Source: Trichoplax adhaerens
Taxonomy: Eukaryota > Animalia > Placozoa
Length of the DNA stretch: 64,000 nt
Reading direction: 5' to 3'
NCBI RefSeq assembly: GCF_000150275.1
Contig: NW_002060944.1
Span: 8,890,159-8,954,158, forward strand
Each line of letters opens with the position of its first letter. Position 1 is the stretch's first letter. A program made the position numbers and the translations under genes. Below the pieces are notes generated by a model. That model was not told the DNA's origin, did no database searches, and worked only from the letters and a program-made list of their open reading frames with translations. Of this stretch, positions 41,468 to 54,915 are shown piece after piece.

Positions 41468-44400
41468 CTAAGCTCGAAGAAGTGGACAATCATCTTCATA
41501 ACCGTCTATAATATCTAATAAAGTAAAGTTTCAAAATGTTTCAAAATATTACTATTGAGATGTGTACTGTATACGAATCGTACAATATCATTGCTTCATT
41601 TTAATAGATCTTTATATATTAGCCTAGCTATAAGTTCCAACCTGGCCGCGCTGTAGGCCTGGGGACATATCTATATTGATCCAGTCCATGCACATTAAGA
41701 TAGCCAGGATACAAAACTTTGGCAAATCCTGGATATAGGTGTAGCCTATAACGCAAAGTTGATATAAATTATACTAGAAAAAAAACGCGACAGAGTCTTC
41801 GCAAGGTTAATCTTTACGATAATCAATCAATTTCCTACGTGTCTATCCAGGTAAAATTGGATTCACTACATTTTATTGGATGAGGCCATGCTATAGCACC
41901 CGAACCTATTTATGTATTGAAATTCATAGTTATTTACAAATTCTGCCCTGAAATCTAACTGACTAGAAAATATCTATATGAATCCTAATCATTCAATTGT
42001 AGAGTCATAAAATCTTATTTAAAGTCAACATGCCAAAAATATTTTAAGAACTTACAATATATTATTTACCATTAATAAAAAGAAATATCATAGCAGTGTA
42101 TTTCCAAATAACATGAAAAAATATCTTACATTATCATCTAAAGAAATTTTATCGTATATATATATATATCTATAGTTCGTTACATATTTCCCATAATTAT
42201 GCTGAGCTTGCAGTTACGAAAGAAACTACAACTCACGTATTAAGTCAAGTAATAGTCTACAAGTAGCTCCTAATAGTAACTGTAAAGTATACATATTTAC
42301 CAATTTCCAGGATAATTCATGTACAGAACTTACTATTTGTATATGGAATAGTGATTGCACCCGGCTTCTGCTCGCTAAATCGAACTAAACAGACACCTTT
42401 CAGCTCATTATCGAGAATTCTGTTGGCTTCATTTTTGCAAATAAAGCCTATAATGTGTCTATAAGTTGTATATTAAAGATTTTTACAATTACAGGGAAAT
42501 TAATTCGAGGATAAATACTGAACGCATCATATTTTTAAACTTTAGTAAAATTCTCTTATTACACCCATTTTTTTTGCCTACTGTTAGCTAATTATAACTT
42601 GAGTACTAAAACACAGTCTGCAAAATGAAAGTAGCTTTATGGGCAGCAGCGCAGTTTCTATATAAATAAATTTTGTGTCAATACCTATGCATCATATTTG
42701 ATAATTTATCTAAAATAAACTCATTACATCCTTCCTTCGTTTTACTATTAGCTAATTACCATTTAGTACTAAAACACAGAAGCACAGTCTACGAAAGGAA
42801 AGCATCTTTAAGGACAGCAACGAAGCTTGCTGTACAAGTAAATTTCGTGTTAATACCGAAGCAGTTTTGTTATTACTTTTAGTAATATTTCTTTTATCTA
42901 TGAGTATCAGGTCGGTACAACGGAATTATTACATAAATAAGGATAAAGCGAGGTACAGTACATAGCTAGTTTCTATACTGTACTGTATATTCGTGGATAA
43001 ATATTGATATAATTTATTAGTAAAATTATTTTACATTTTGTACACTTAGCATCAAGCAAGATTTAAATGAGTAGACACTAGCGGGTGAGGATCAGAAATG
43101 TGTCTCATATTAAATTTTCTGTAGCTAGTAAACTTATAAATCTTACATTCATTTTAATGTAAGATATATTCAAGTCGCTGTAATGTCTAAATTTCGCAAT
43201 TTGTATATCAGAGGAATAGAATGAATAGTTCTCACTCTAGCAGAAAGCATATTTACTATAGTTGACTCACCCTGATCTCCATAGTTCCTTCAAAGAATTT
43301 TCTGGCTTAGCTAAGGTTTCAAGGCAAGCAAAAATCCATTCTCCAACCGTGTGTTTAGAATTACCGATTCGGAAACCCTAAAGTGTCCATTATGAAATGA
43401 TTTAATTATTAATCTTGATTGCACAAATTATCCATAATCTATTATTGGTTGAAATAGGGTACGATTAAAGACTGGCTTGAATAATGCATATCTTATAACT
43501 AAAAATTGAGCCGTTACTTTTCAATAGATTAAGAAACGTTACAGATATTAGCATTGCTTGGCACTAAAGACTTCGAATCAACTGATTACATACATAATGA
43601 AAATCATCCCAGGAAATCGAGCCACCATTTCTGTTGCCTTCTATTTGATGATTGAATATAAAGCCTTCAGATTTAAATGTAATAATTTTCCTATATTGAG
43701 TCTTAAAAGATATACTTACGCATGATCAAGTGCCGAAGATACTGTATATTTTCAGAAGTAAGCTCCCTTCCCAAACGATCTCTGAAATTGCTTTGTAACA
43801 TGCACTCAATCTCATCCCAAGATGCCTTCTGATGAATAGGAAAATTTTCGATTTTCGTTTCCTAAAAGGAATATGAAAATTAAACTCATATATTTAATCT
43901 ATCTTATCGTTCTAAGTAGTTTTTTCGATAATTTATTTTAAAAATAATTAATTTTGCTGCTAGCATTTGCATTATTGCTGTTGTAAACACGGAATATTTT
44001 CAATATACTACACGTACATCAACATCTCCCATGAAAAAGTAATCCCAGGCCAGAGTACACAGGGCTTTCCAACATTGAGCATTGCCGGTTCGGATAAAGA
44101 ACGGAATAGTCCTGCAAGTAAACTATAATAAAGAAATAATAATAAATTTAGAGAACTGCAACGATTGGCCCTAGCATTGTGTAGAGAAACTATTAACTAT
44201 CGGCTAGATACCTTAAATGCATTAGGGTCAGCGCTAGCTAAACTGAATTCCAATTGATACCTATAATCCGTTACGTACTCCTATCAAGTTTTCATTCAGT
44301 ATACCATATTAAATAATCGAATTAGTCATTTACATTCAATATTAACCATAAGTAATAGCAAAACATAATAGCGACGGTAAACTTCATTTGCAACTGATCT

Positions 44401-46907
44401 TACCCCTCTTGAGTAGACTCTTTCCGTGTTATGAAGTCTAGCTCTGGCCTCAAAGCAAAATAGATCATAACATTTCGAAGCGTCCGACATATTTTTCTAA
44501 TTAACGATAGAATTAATCTAGTGTCAATACGTCATCGTACCCAACTCTTTGAAAACAAAATTAATCATAGAGATGGCTTATTGCATTACATATTTTACGC
44601 CTTTTATAAATTTTACACTATAATCACGTATTATATTTTTATCTACTGTATGATAATATGCGTAGGGCATTTAGAGATCTTGCATGAACTTCCCATACCC
44701 TAAGATCGCTGTCTTTGTTGTCTCTAAATCTGATATTGAAAAAATGTTTGAAAAATTTATTAGATTAGTTATCAATGTCTTTCTAGTAATTAATAATTTT
44801 AGTATACATTCACATAGTATGCATTTAATACGCTGTTAATTTCTTTAGATGTTATCATACATGTATATATCCACTTATAAGCTATCAAAATAGCGTCTGA
44901 TAAAAAATTTCATAATACTTTCTATTATCTGAGATTTAGCTTAGAATTACCCTATATATTCGACATTGAATGTGTCAATATTAATCGGCAAATATGATTG
45001 CGCTAAATACCTGTATTCCAAGCGAAATATAAGACTTTTATGTATGCACAGAAATTAAAGATGGTAACCAGAGCAATCTCTTAATAACGTGACAGATCAC
45101 TTTATTGCTTCTAGAATTACTTTCTAAAATCTACTAATACTAAATAAGATATTGATCATTGTATGAGCAATATATACAGCGTAAAAGATATTTTGCAACA
45201 CATCGTAACCTAAAGAAAAATGAGTTAATGTTAACTTACACCAAATGACATTTAATATTTCCGTTGGATTTAGGGGCGCGATAGCAATGAATTATAACGA
45301 AAAACGATCTAATTAAAGGACATAGAAAGTACGTTATTAAAATCTACGTTAGATTTATGCTATTAGTGAAGTTTGGATACTTGTGCGGTAGTTTCTCTTA
45401 CTTGGAAAGTAAATTATTATGCAGATCACAGATTTCAATCCTTATCATTGATATTTTGTTTATGAGATCTTGAACTGGCAACAGCCGATTTTGAAAGACT
45501 TGCAGCATATTGATAGTCTGCATGATTACAATAAAGATTTTAGGAGAAATGAATTAGTAAATCTCTTAGCAGGTAGCTCTGATTAAATTGTAAGTTTATT
45601 ACTTAAAATGTAGATTGTGAATTAGATTTATCTAATGCTAAAATTGCGCTTAGTAGATAAATGATTGTTGCATTTCCTATAAATTTCTGTTCACAATTTA
45701 GCTAAAATTGATGCTATACAAGTAATTATGTAACATCTAGATAAACTTACTTCATCAGCAATTTGCATTATATCCGCATCGTATCGCAGCCTATTAATCA
45801 TACTATGTAAGACAAAGCATGAGACGGTATTAATTTAATTTATCAATGCAACAGTTATACACATAACTTTTAACAAAATACTAACTAATGCAATTTTTAA
45901 TTACGCACATACCTATTTTTTATTTCAATTAGCTCCTGCATAACCGGTTTTAGAGAAAATAAGGCCGATGCTGACTCAATGTTCCGAGTATTTCGCTTCC
46001 ATTGTTTGAGCTTGATCCAAATTTCTTCGTGACTTTTTAAATCATAGACATCTAACATCTCCATGTACAGTTCATCAATTTTCTATATTAATTATTTAGA
46101 GCAAGCATATTGTAGTAATTAATGTAATTATACTTCGTTGTTAAAACTATTTCATAACATGTGAAAGCAATTTGATTGGATACTTTATTACTACAATAAA
46201 AAATAAGATTAAGGGTTATGAAGTAGGTCTGAAATAACTTTTCTTTGCTTAGCTAGCACTATTAAATATTTATTGTGAAAAAAATTACTGGGAGCAGCTC
46301 TTCAATCAATCTTGGCATCACTTCAATATCGCTCATTATAGCTGTGACTTCATGTTCTTGCAGACCCTGCTGATAATTAGCCAAATTTTCGGATATATTG
46401 CGCGGCATGGTTTCAAGCAATCGTAGGTACATCAACGACAATTTAATCATAATTGTAAATCTGCAAACAGATAATTCATCCATATCGGCGATAGGCTCGG
46501 AACCCATTATAATATCCATTGTGCTGGTACTCTAAAAAGTAAAGTTGTCAATTTATAAAACTCACTTAATCGCATAAAAACTTAGATTTATTTGTATGCA
46601 GTAAGCACGCAAAGCCTTAATAGACTTACTTCCGATTTAGGATAATCTGGCTGCATATAGTTTGTAAAATCGTCCATGTCTTCCTATAAATTTTAATAAT
46701 TTTTGCTATTTAATTAATGGTATTAAACGGTAGATTAAAGAAACACACCTACAAGTATTCCAATATAAACGAATTAATTACATATATTGTCGAAATCTGA
46801 AAGTTATTACTCCTTTAACTCATTCTAGATCACTTACGTATTCGTAGTTAGGTTGAACAAATCCTTGCGTCAGTAAAGGATCATTTAGATACCTGGCAAT
46901 AGAGCTC
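41468..46907 (-). CDS. STAT: STAT-like transcription factor, paralog A (5' end uncertain, may extend to ~49900)
   Basis: Coiled-coil IWIKLKQWKRN (~46000). DBD end EYVTDYRYQLEF and TIPFFIRTGNAQCWKALCTLAWDYF (44020-44280). Linker ELTSENIQYLR and TVGEWIFACLETL...LWRSG (43270-43860). SH2 HIIGFICKNEANRILDNELKGVCLVRFSEQKPGAITIPY (42334-42458), then LHLYPG. Tail DGYEDDCPLLRA* (stop 41468-41470). Splice phases checked in the DBD-end and SH2-to-stop exons are consistent. Confidence 0.88.
42580..42860. repeat. Diverged ~165-bp tandem duplication in a STAT-A intron
   Basis: TTAGCTAATTA...AGTACTAAAACACAG...AAATTT.GTGT.AATACC at ~42584-42685 and ~42748-42857. Confidence 0.75.
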
Positions 46908-49737
46908 TAAAAAATAGTTTTTTTAATAAATTTTAATAATATATCAAGCACTTGGGATAACTACTGTAGTTAAATATGCTTTAGGATACATCAGAAAGTC
47001 TTAATAGTTCTTATATATAGCTTTTGTAATAATATACTAATGAAAATATATATTTTGTGTATTCGGTTGGTATAATTATGCTAACAGAAAGGCATTTTGA
47101 TTTAGTAATAAAACAAATTATGATCAATGCGGAAAGGAAATCAGGTTTTTATTGATAGTTTACTAAGAGGCAACTCTTAGGAAAATTTCTAGAAATATTT
47201 CTGACTGCAATTATAGTAAACTGTTCGCATGTTTGAATTTTGTATTATCGAAATAAGCATAATAATAATTGCTACCAGATTCAATTGCTATGACTTAGCC
47301 ACTGATATAAATGATTGTCAAGCTTAGTATCAAAGAATTTCATAGCAATTACTACAAGTAAGCGAACTGAGCTACGATACAATTTATGATTACATTTCAT
47401 AATAATATTTAAGCGTCAGAATAGTTAAATTCTATGGTAGTCTTTGCAGTACATTAAATATACATCTATATCTGATGTAACATTAGTGCATATTTATATG
47501 TTCATGAATTTCAAAGATGATATACGCTGATCAGATATATGATAGATAAATTCATTTCCTAATGATTTCCAGATAGGTAGACTAAAAAGAGTTAGACTGT
47601 ATGTGATACAGTAAATATTCGAAGTCCTTAATTAGTATGTGTTTTCAAAATCGAACTTGACGGTAAACCCCAATTTAACCGCATATTTATATCAGCTTTG
47701 GCCTTTATAAAGACCAAAGTAATACTCGTATTACACTTACTGGAAAGCAATAGAGATAAATTTAAAAAACTGATATAATTGAAGCCTTCTGATCTGTCTT
47801 TTCTGGCTTACAAGCTAGCCAAGTATACATTATAGTCTACAGTAAATTCTCAATAGGGTTTGAACAAAAGCAGTTTTGTTCATAGTAAACAGGTTTTCAT
47901 CTTCGCATATTGCAAATACTACATTTACAGTATTGCTGACAGGAAAATTGCAACATAAGGAACTATCGTTAATCAATTAGCGATAAACTCTGCGACTTAG
48001 TTCTTTATAAAATTAAAACAATAAATTAATTAAACTTTTAATACTAAACTACGTGAAAATAATTTGGGCTAGTGGTAGCAATCTGTATTTAATAACTTAA
48101 ATATAAATATAATAATTTTTGTGAGCTTAAATTGCCGTAATGTACGATATTACAGATCTGGATGGTAAATGTTAAACCAATGACTGGCTATAGGTTTTGA
48201 TTATACATTCAAATTAAGATCTTTATAAATAGTAATTATATTGCTATAAGATACCAAGATTTTATTCAGCCAAAACTTTAAAGTGATCCCTTGATTTTGC
48301 CACTCCTACAAACAGAGTATTATGATGAAAAAGTTTAACAATTGCATTCGTCTGGTACCTTTAAAAAAATACAATTTTCCTATTCGTTACAGAGAATTCA
48401 ATCATTTAATATATTTGCAAAGGCATTATTGATATCAATTTGTAGCATAATAAAATATAATCCTAGGGATTATTAAATACTATTTATTTCTATTATATTG
48501 CATCTTGAAGTAGTACACAAATTAATTAATAAATTCGATAATTGTATTTGTTTAAATGCGAATGTTGCTATTGTTTGCCTATTCCTACAGAAAACACTGC
48601 CGGATACATCAGTTCGAATAGATTTAGCATACACATTGTAAAATTTTGTAAGATACGAATGCTAACCAATTTAAGAGTGTGTGATAAAGTGATCTTCAAA
48701 ACAATAAATCAAGAACTACTGTTTCTTGCAAATTTCACTCTATTACAGAAGTTAGGTTCGTCTAACTACCAAGGACTATCTGACTATCTGACAATCTACT
48801 TATTACAGCAAAATTCACGATTTATATACGATTAGTTACAGAATGCTTTTACTGAGTGTAATCGGAATAAAAATAGGTAGTTACGTAACACTTTGATGAA
48901 TGAGGATAAGTTAATATTTAGTCAAAATCCTATAAGACAAACCTTTCCGATTTCGTTGCAAACATTATTGGCTTCGAAAATAATCCGAGATACTAGCCAA
49001 CACCTTATTTTAAAGATTGACAGATTTTGGATGATGGGATGGAATTCTCCATACTTAAATGCCGAGTAAGCGTAACTGAGTGAAGGAAAACAAATCAAAA
49101 GTTTGAATAAAACATTCGAGCAAATTTTGAAAGTTCTTATGGCAAAGGGAAATTTGATCGTTCATATCAAGCAAACACAAATTTTATGCAACAGCTATAA
49201 ACATTCTTGTTTAAATGGTGTTCTCTCGGGAAGTAATATGATATCTTAAACTGTTTTGTTGAGTTTTGTCAGTAAGAATGAGTAGCTTAAAATTATCGTT
49301 TTATGTTAATATGATGTCGAAAGGGTTTATTATCACATTCTTCTTAAGTGCCTTAATCCTAGATTCTCATTGTCGATTCTGGAAGAAATCTTTTTATTTA
49401 AACTTAAACTGAAATTGTAGCTCCGGATAATTTTATTTTAGAAATAAAACATAAACTATAGTTTTTCTACATTTACTAAATTAATTGCTGAAACTTGATC
49501 CGCTGCCGGACACTTTAAAACGCAATAGTTTGCCTTCGTAAGTTGGCAATGAATGCAATCTAAAATGCCATACTGAAGACGTTCTTATTCTGGACATGCA
49601 ATTTGATTCTATTTCTATACCTTAAGCGAAATGTGTTGCTTTGCTTTAATAGCAAGGATATAGTATTATTACTCCTGGAACTATTATCGTATTGATATAT
49701 AGTCTATTGAGAAAAATAATTAAAAGTTAACACTTAC

Positions 49738-49889
49738 CCAGGCATGAGGTTGTGCATTTGACACCAGGATTGAAAATCATGAGAGCAATCTTCATTTAAG
49801 GTCAAATTTCCCTGCAAAGCTGTGGAATATTGAAGAATTTTATCATCAATTTCTTTTATAAAAGCACCAATTTCCGATGAGTAATACAT
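49738..49889 (-). CDS. Possible upstream exon of STAT-A
   Basis: Open frame MYYSSEIGAFIKEIDDKILQYSTALQG...MHNLMPG ending at a strong GTAAGT donor. Its phase does not join directly to the 46907 exon, so the assignment is tentative. Confidence 0.3.
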
Positions 49890-52800
49890 GACGACAAATG
49901 TTTGTGTTGCAAAGACGCTTTGCCAGAAAATGCTAAAGTTTCCGTAGAAAAGCTGATATATATTTACTCCTCACCGTCCGTCTAACTGTGCAACCAATAA
50001 AAAATCTTACCCTCTTTTTAATTTCTCTAGGAGTCCAATTGTGCCTCAGGGCAAATTCTTTTATTTATTTTTATTGTTCTCTTAGCAGTACAATAACGAT
50101 AACGCAAAATGCCCACCTAAAAAATGCTAATTAAGCTACATGAGATGCCATACATAGTAATTAATGATGACTAAGAAGTTGTTGATGTACTCCGTATGTA
50201 AGCAAACTTCTTATTTTAAGCCTTACTGTTGCGCCTAGCCTAATTCAGCTTTGTTTGTATGTCACAAAACTCCTTCGACAAGAAAACAATCATATAGAAA
50301 GTAATAATATTTCCTAAGATGATGTAACTTATGAACTGTTTAAAGCATGTTTATTTCGAAACATAAAATCTTAAATTAATTTCAAAACAAAACTTGTATT
50401 TTATTGATAATATTGTAGATAATTGTGCATATAGCTAAAAGCAACAGTTTGTTGTATTTGTTATGCACAGTTAGTACTCCAGGATTACACTAGAATTAAT
50501 TAAAGATTTACTTAATGTACATATCCGGGTAGACCTCATTACAATGACGGCTTAATTAGCGTTGCATAAATGCAAGCGTCCCTATTAAGAATAGTAAATC
50601 TGGTTTCGGGTCATTGAGAGTTTTAATAAACATAAAACTAAATGTCCAATCTCGTTGAAACTAAAAACTTTGCTATCCTATGAATTACGATTTGGATGCT
50701 TGATTTACCAGTAGAAATTGAAAGGATTCTCAGCATGACCACACTTTAAAGACCCAAATTTCTTGTATATAAGATAAAATCGAAGTCATTTGTAAAAAAA
50801 TCGAGAAACTTTTCTCCTATAATATAAATCCATTATTAGCTACGCTTATCTAAGAAAATTCTATATCTTCTGAATTTCCAGATAATGTTAGTTATAGTTT
50901 ATTGTTAAAATCTTAATCTATGGATAGCGTTGATACTATTATCGTAGACGATTAAATTGAAGAACGTTTTATTGTACGGTGCTGCTACTAAGCAAAGACA
51001 GAAGTTTAATATTCTTGACCTATCTATCAAATCTTCACTGAAGCATATGTATGTGCCTAATACACTTTACCTATTTGTCCTATCTTTACTGATGGCAGAG
51101 ATACTAACTATTTATTTATTGATGGCCTGACTACACCTCCATTAATGATATTTTCAATCATTAGAAACAAGAAAATATCCAATTTTTCTTTAAAATTTTA
51201 CCATACAAAATATGTATTCGGCAATACATTGTTTATCGTTATCCTGTAGCTTAAATAGCTCAAACACAACTAATGTCTGTGTGTTGTAGATAATTCGCAA
51301 GTATGTGATATAATTGAAGCATGTCTACTACTTTTGCGTCTTGAAATTTTTTTCAATACAATTTTTAAAGTATCCAACTAGTCTATTTCAGTAATTTTAT
51401 ATTCAATAACGGAGTATGAATAAAGTAATGGAATGTAAACTCTATGATTAAAACGTAGCATTTATTTAATAAATAATCTGAATATCAGCATGACTTCTAG
51501 ATGTTAAAAGGTCAGTGGAACAAATGCTCTGTTATCTAGTCAATCCAAATCATTTCTTAATTGTAAATATTTAAACAAGAATAACACGCAAAGTGAATTA
51601 ATTCACTTCCTTATATCAATTACTTTATAATACTAAAATTGCTCCACAACTTGTAAAACACATTCATAGCAAAGCGAGAAATTAATTTCAGGAACTGAAG
51701 TTGAGGCTGTGAATTTGCTATTTTAACGCTCTAACTAAATAGCATATCACAACGTATAAGAAAACATTCACTATCATATATTTATGAATAAATTGAAGTC
51801 ATTGTTGACAGGGAATTTCCGATAATTATGCGCTTTCATAAACGTATGCTTAAAAAAATTTATCAATCTGATTATTCGCTATTTGTTTAAAGTTGATTCA
51901 ATGCTAACATGGAAAACATTTTCGTTTCCGTAAATTCTAGTTTTATTACGATCTTTCACATTGACTTTGTATTCTCTATGTTGCATATCCATCCTTGTAA
52001 CGTAATTGAGAGTTTATTTTTGTAAAGCGATTAATAAACTGTATAGAATAAACCTTTCTGCACGCCACCAAGCTATTAAGCCTTTTAATATCTAGTGTTG
52101 TAGCTTCCCTATTTTAATTGACTCAAAAGTATCTAATCTAATGAGCTATAAGAGAACAAGTCACTATTGTTATATAATATACTATCATTTATTTCCTATG
52201 TAATTGTACGAAGCATTCGGAAGATAATGACTAAGACTTTATAATAACTAATAACTTATGACTGAAGACGTGACTGCATAAAAACTCTTATTTCTTTTAT
52301 TACTCACCTGATTGTATCTGAAAAAGCTAGACGCAGGTATAAAATTAAATGCGATGAATCGGCAACGAAATTAAAAATTAATTATTTAAAGTAGATAATG
52401 CTAAAATTTTTATATAGAGCAATGATTTTTTGGCGTAAAGTTTATATCATCAGTCCTAACTGATCGTCACAATCATGGATAATTATTGATCCTACCAATT
52501 TTGTGAACTCTGAAAAAGTTTAATCGTAATTTCTATAGAGGATTAGAAAACATCTAGATTGATTATCCTTCCTTTTCATTCGAATAGTATTACTATGAAT
52601 TAGATTTCTGCGTATCAACACTATTATTCCTAGAATATTACATTAGCTTAATGGTACTTAACAATACATTTTAAAGCCGTCAAACACAACAGCGATAGAA
52701 GCATAATGTTTATTGTAATCATCGCAGCAATTATATTGTAGCTTAGGATTGGTCCTTATAATAACAGGAAAACTTTTAGTGAAATTATGAAATGGTACAA

Positions 52801-54774
52801 TAGTCTATCCGTTAGTAAGTGAACGCAATAAACTTTTTGGCATTTATAAAATTTACATAAATAGTACTAAAAGCACCAAATACGGACACTTAAAATAAAA
52901 TTTTAAAAATAGCGTAAAATGTATGCAATAATCTTTCTGATCATAAAATGAAGGTAATAACTTCTTGGCCTATACAACATTTACAGAAGGAGCACTTAAA
53001 GCACCTATTAAGGCCAATTTAAATACAATTTTAAAATAGCAATATGCGTCTATACATCATTTTTTATAGTATGTTTTCGAACCTGTTAAAACAAGTACAC
53101 AAACAATATCAGTCATTAAACTGCTACGAATAAAGAAGAAAAAATTACCGATTAGGTAATTACAGTGTATCAAGGGAACAGTTTTAATTGTTTGAATTTT
53201 AATAATTTTATCTGACTGAAGATAGTTGCTTATAAATTTTCTTATTATTGTAATAAAGTTATAATTGCTACTGTAAATGCAGGAAAGATATCGAATTAGA
53301 TTTATAGCGACACATAAGGAAAAATTAAATCATACAAATGTCTACGTTGCACTATAATAACTGTAAACTTTTGTGAATTACCCCTAATTTACTCATAAAA
53401 AATAAATTTATTCTCATCATTAATTCTTGTTGACGTATAAATTCTATTCAAAGTCTTAAAAATCACTTGCGGAAGTGCCGATAGGTAAACTAGTTTATTT
53501 ACTTACCGATCCATCTGTCTGATGTATGTTGACAAATCTGACTTCCGTATTTACTTAACCATTCTTCGACAAATTTAAGACCAATTATTACCGTAATATC
53601 AAAGAATTTACTAGACAAAGATGGGATGACGGTTATGTACACAAAGAATTTCACTACATCAACCCAGATGTAGACTAAATTATGATTTAATTATCGTAGT
53701 GGATGAGTAGGACTATTTAGAAATTCATTCTAAATTAATAAATGAGTGCGATATTGTAATTGATGTGGTTATGTGATGAGGTAATCGCCTACACTATATC
53801 AGTGATTATTATAGTACAAAGTGGTACCAGTCTGGTCAACCTTAAATTCGCTTAGATAAGTCTATCTAATGAATACCCACTGTTAACTCTAAATATATTT
53901 TCATACATTGATAATTAAATTAACATAGAATACTTTAAGGTACTATAGAAAAGCCTAGGCAGGCTTTATTAATAGATTTCTAATTTTAGATGCCTCTTCA
54001 TCAATCACGTTATAAAGCTATATGATATTTAACTTATGTAATAGCTATGTAGAACTATAATCAAACTTATACCTATTATAATAAAATACACATTTTAATT
54101 TAGGTAATAGTCCTTTATTAATTGACAAGCTAGCGCAATCCACAGTTAAATCTAAGACTTGAAATATAATTCCGCTATGCAATAATTTCGTTAGGAAGTG
54201 ACAGATACGTTCGATGTTTTATTGTAGTCTTTATTAGATAATTTAATGCAGATACAACGATAACAGGGCATTATAAAGTTAACGTATTGTTTATATTCTT
54301 ACAGTAATGCGCTAATACAGGATAAATATTAATGAAAAATAGAATTTATAATACGCTTAATACTTATACGTAAGATAGCCCCATCTTGTAGAAATATTGC
54401 TATATCGTAAATTTAAAATATTCTCCTAATTTACAATCATAATTCCTATAATTTAGCACGAAATTTGTCTGGAAAATAGGGTTAAGAACTGAACACATAT
54501 CAACAAATTATGCAATATTCATTACAGGTAGATAGGTATAAGCTTACCTAGTTAATGACATTAACCAATCTAGCTTAGAATGTAATTAAAACTATTAGAT
54601 AACTTTCTATCTTATTAAAGTAAGTAATAACTAATTTATGATAATATTGAAGGCAATTCTTTAAATTATTTTAATGCTAATTTGAAGTGTAGATGTGAGA
54701 TAGTTTCTCTTTCATTAAACACAGAATGATCGATAATCTAGTCCTACTAAAAATATTCGAAGCTAGATCATTAA

Positions 54775-54835
54775 CAAATAAGATACAATCGATTAAAGCA
54801 GATTGATCAAATAAGATACCATCGATTAAAGCCGC
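54775..54835. repeat. 33-bp tandem duplication
   Basis: CAAATAAGATAC(A/C)ATCGATTAAAGC occurs twice, 33 nt apart. Confidence 0.8.
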
Positions 54836-54915
54836 AAACTTAAGAAGTATTACTAGAAGTCAAATAATGTAAATTGCCAATTCAGGGACAGAGAAATCGA
54901 ATTCAACAACTCCGT

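Noticed and set aside
47000-54900. A third STAT copy or another gene in the long AT-rich interval
   Set aside because: I found no recognisable coding exons except the tentative one at 49738-49889; ORF 48542-48835 looks random.
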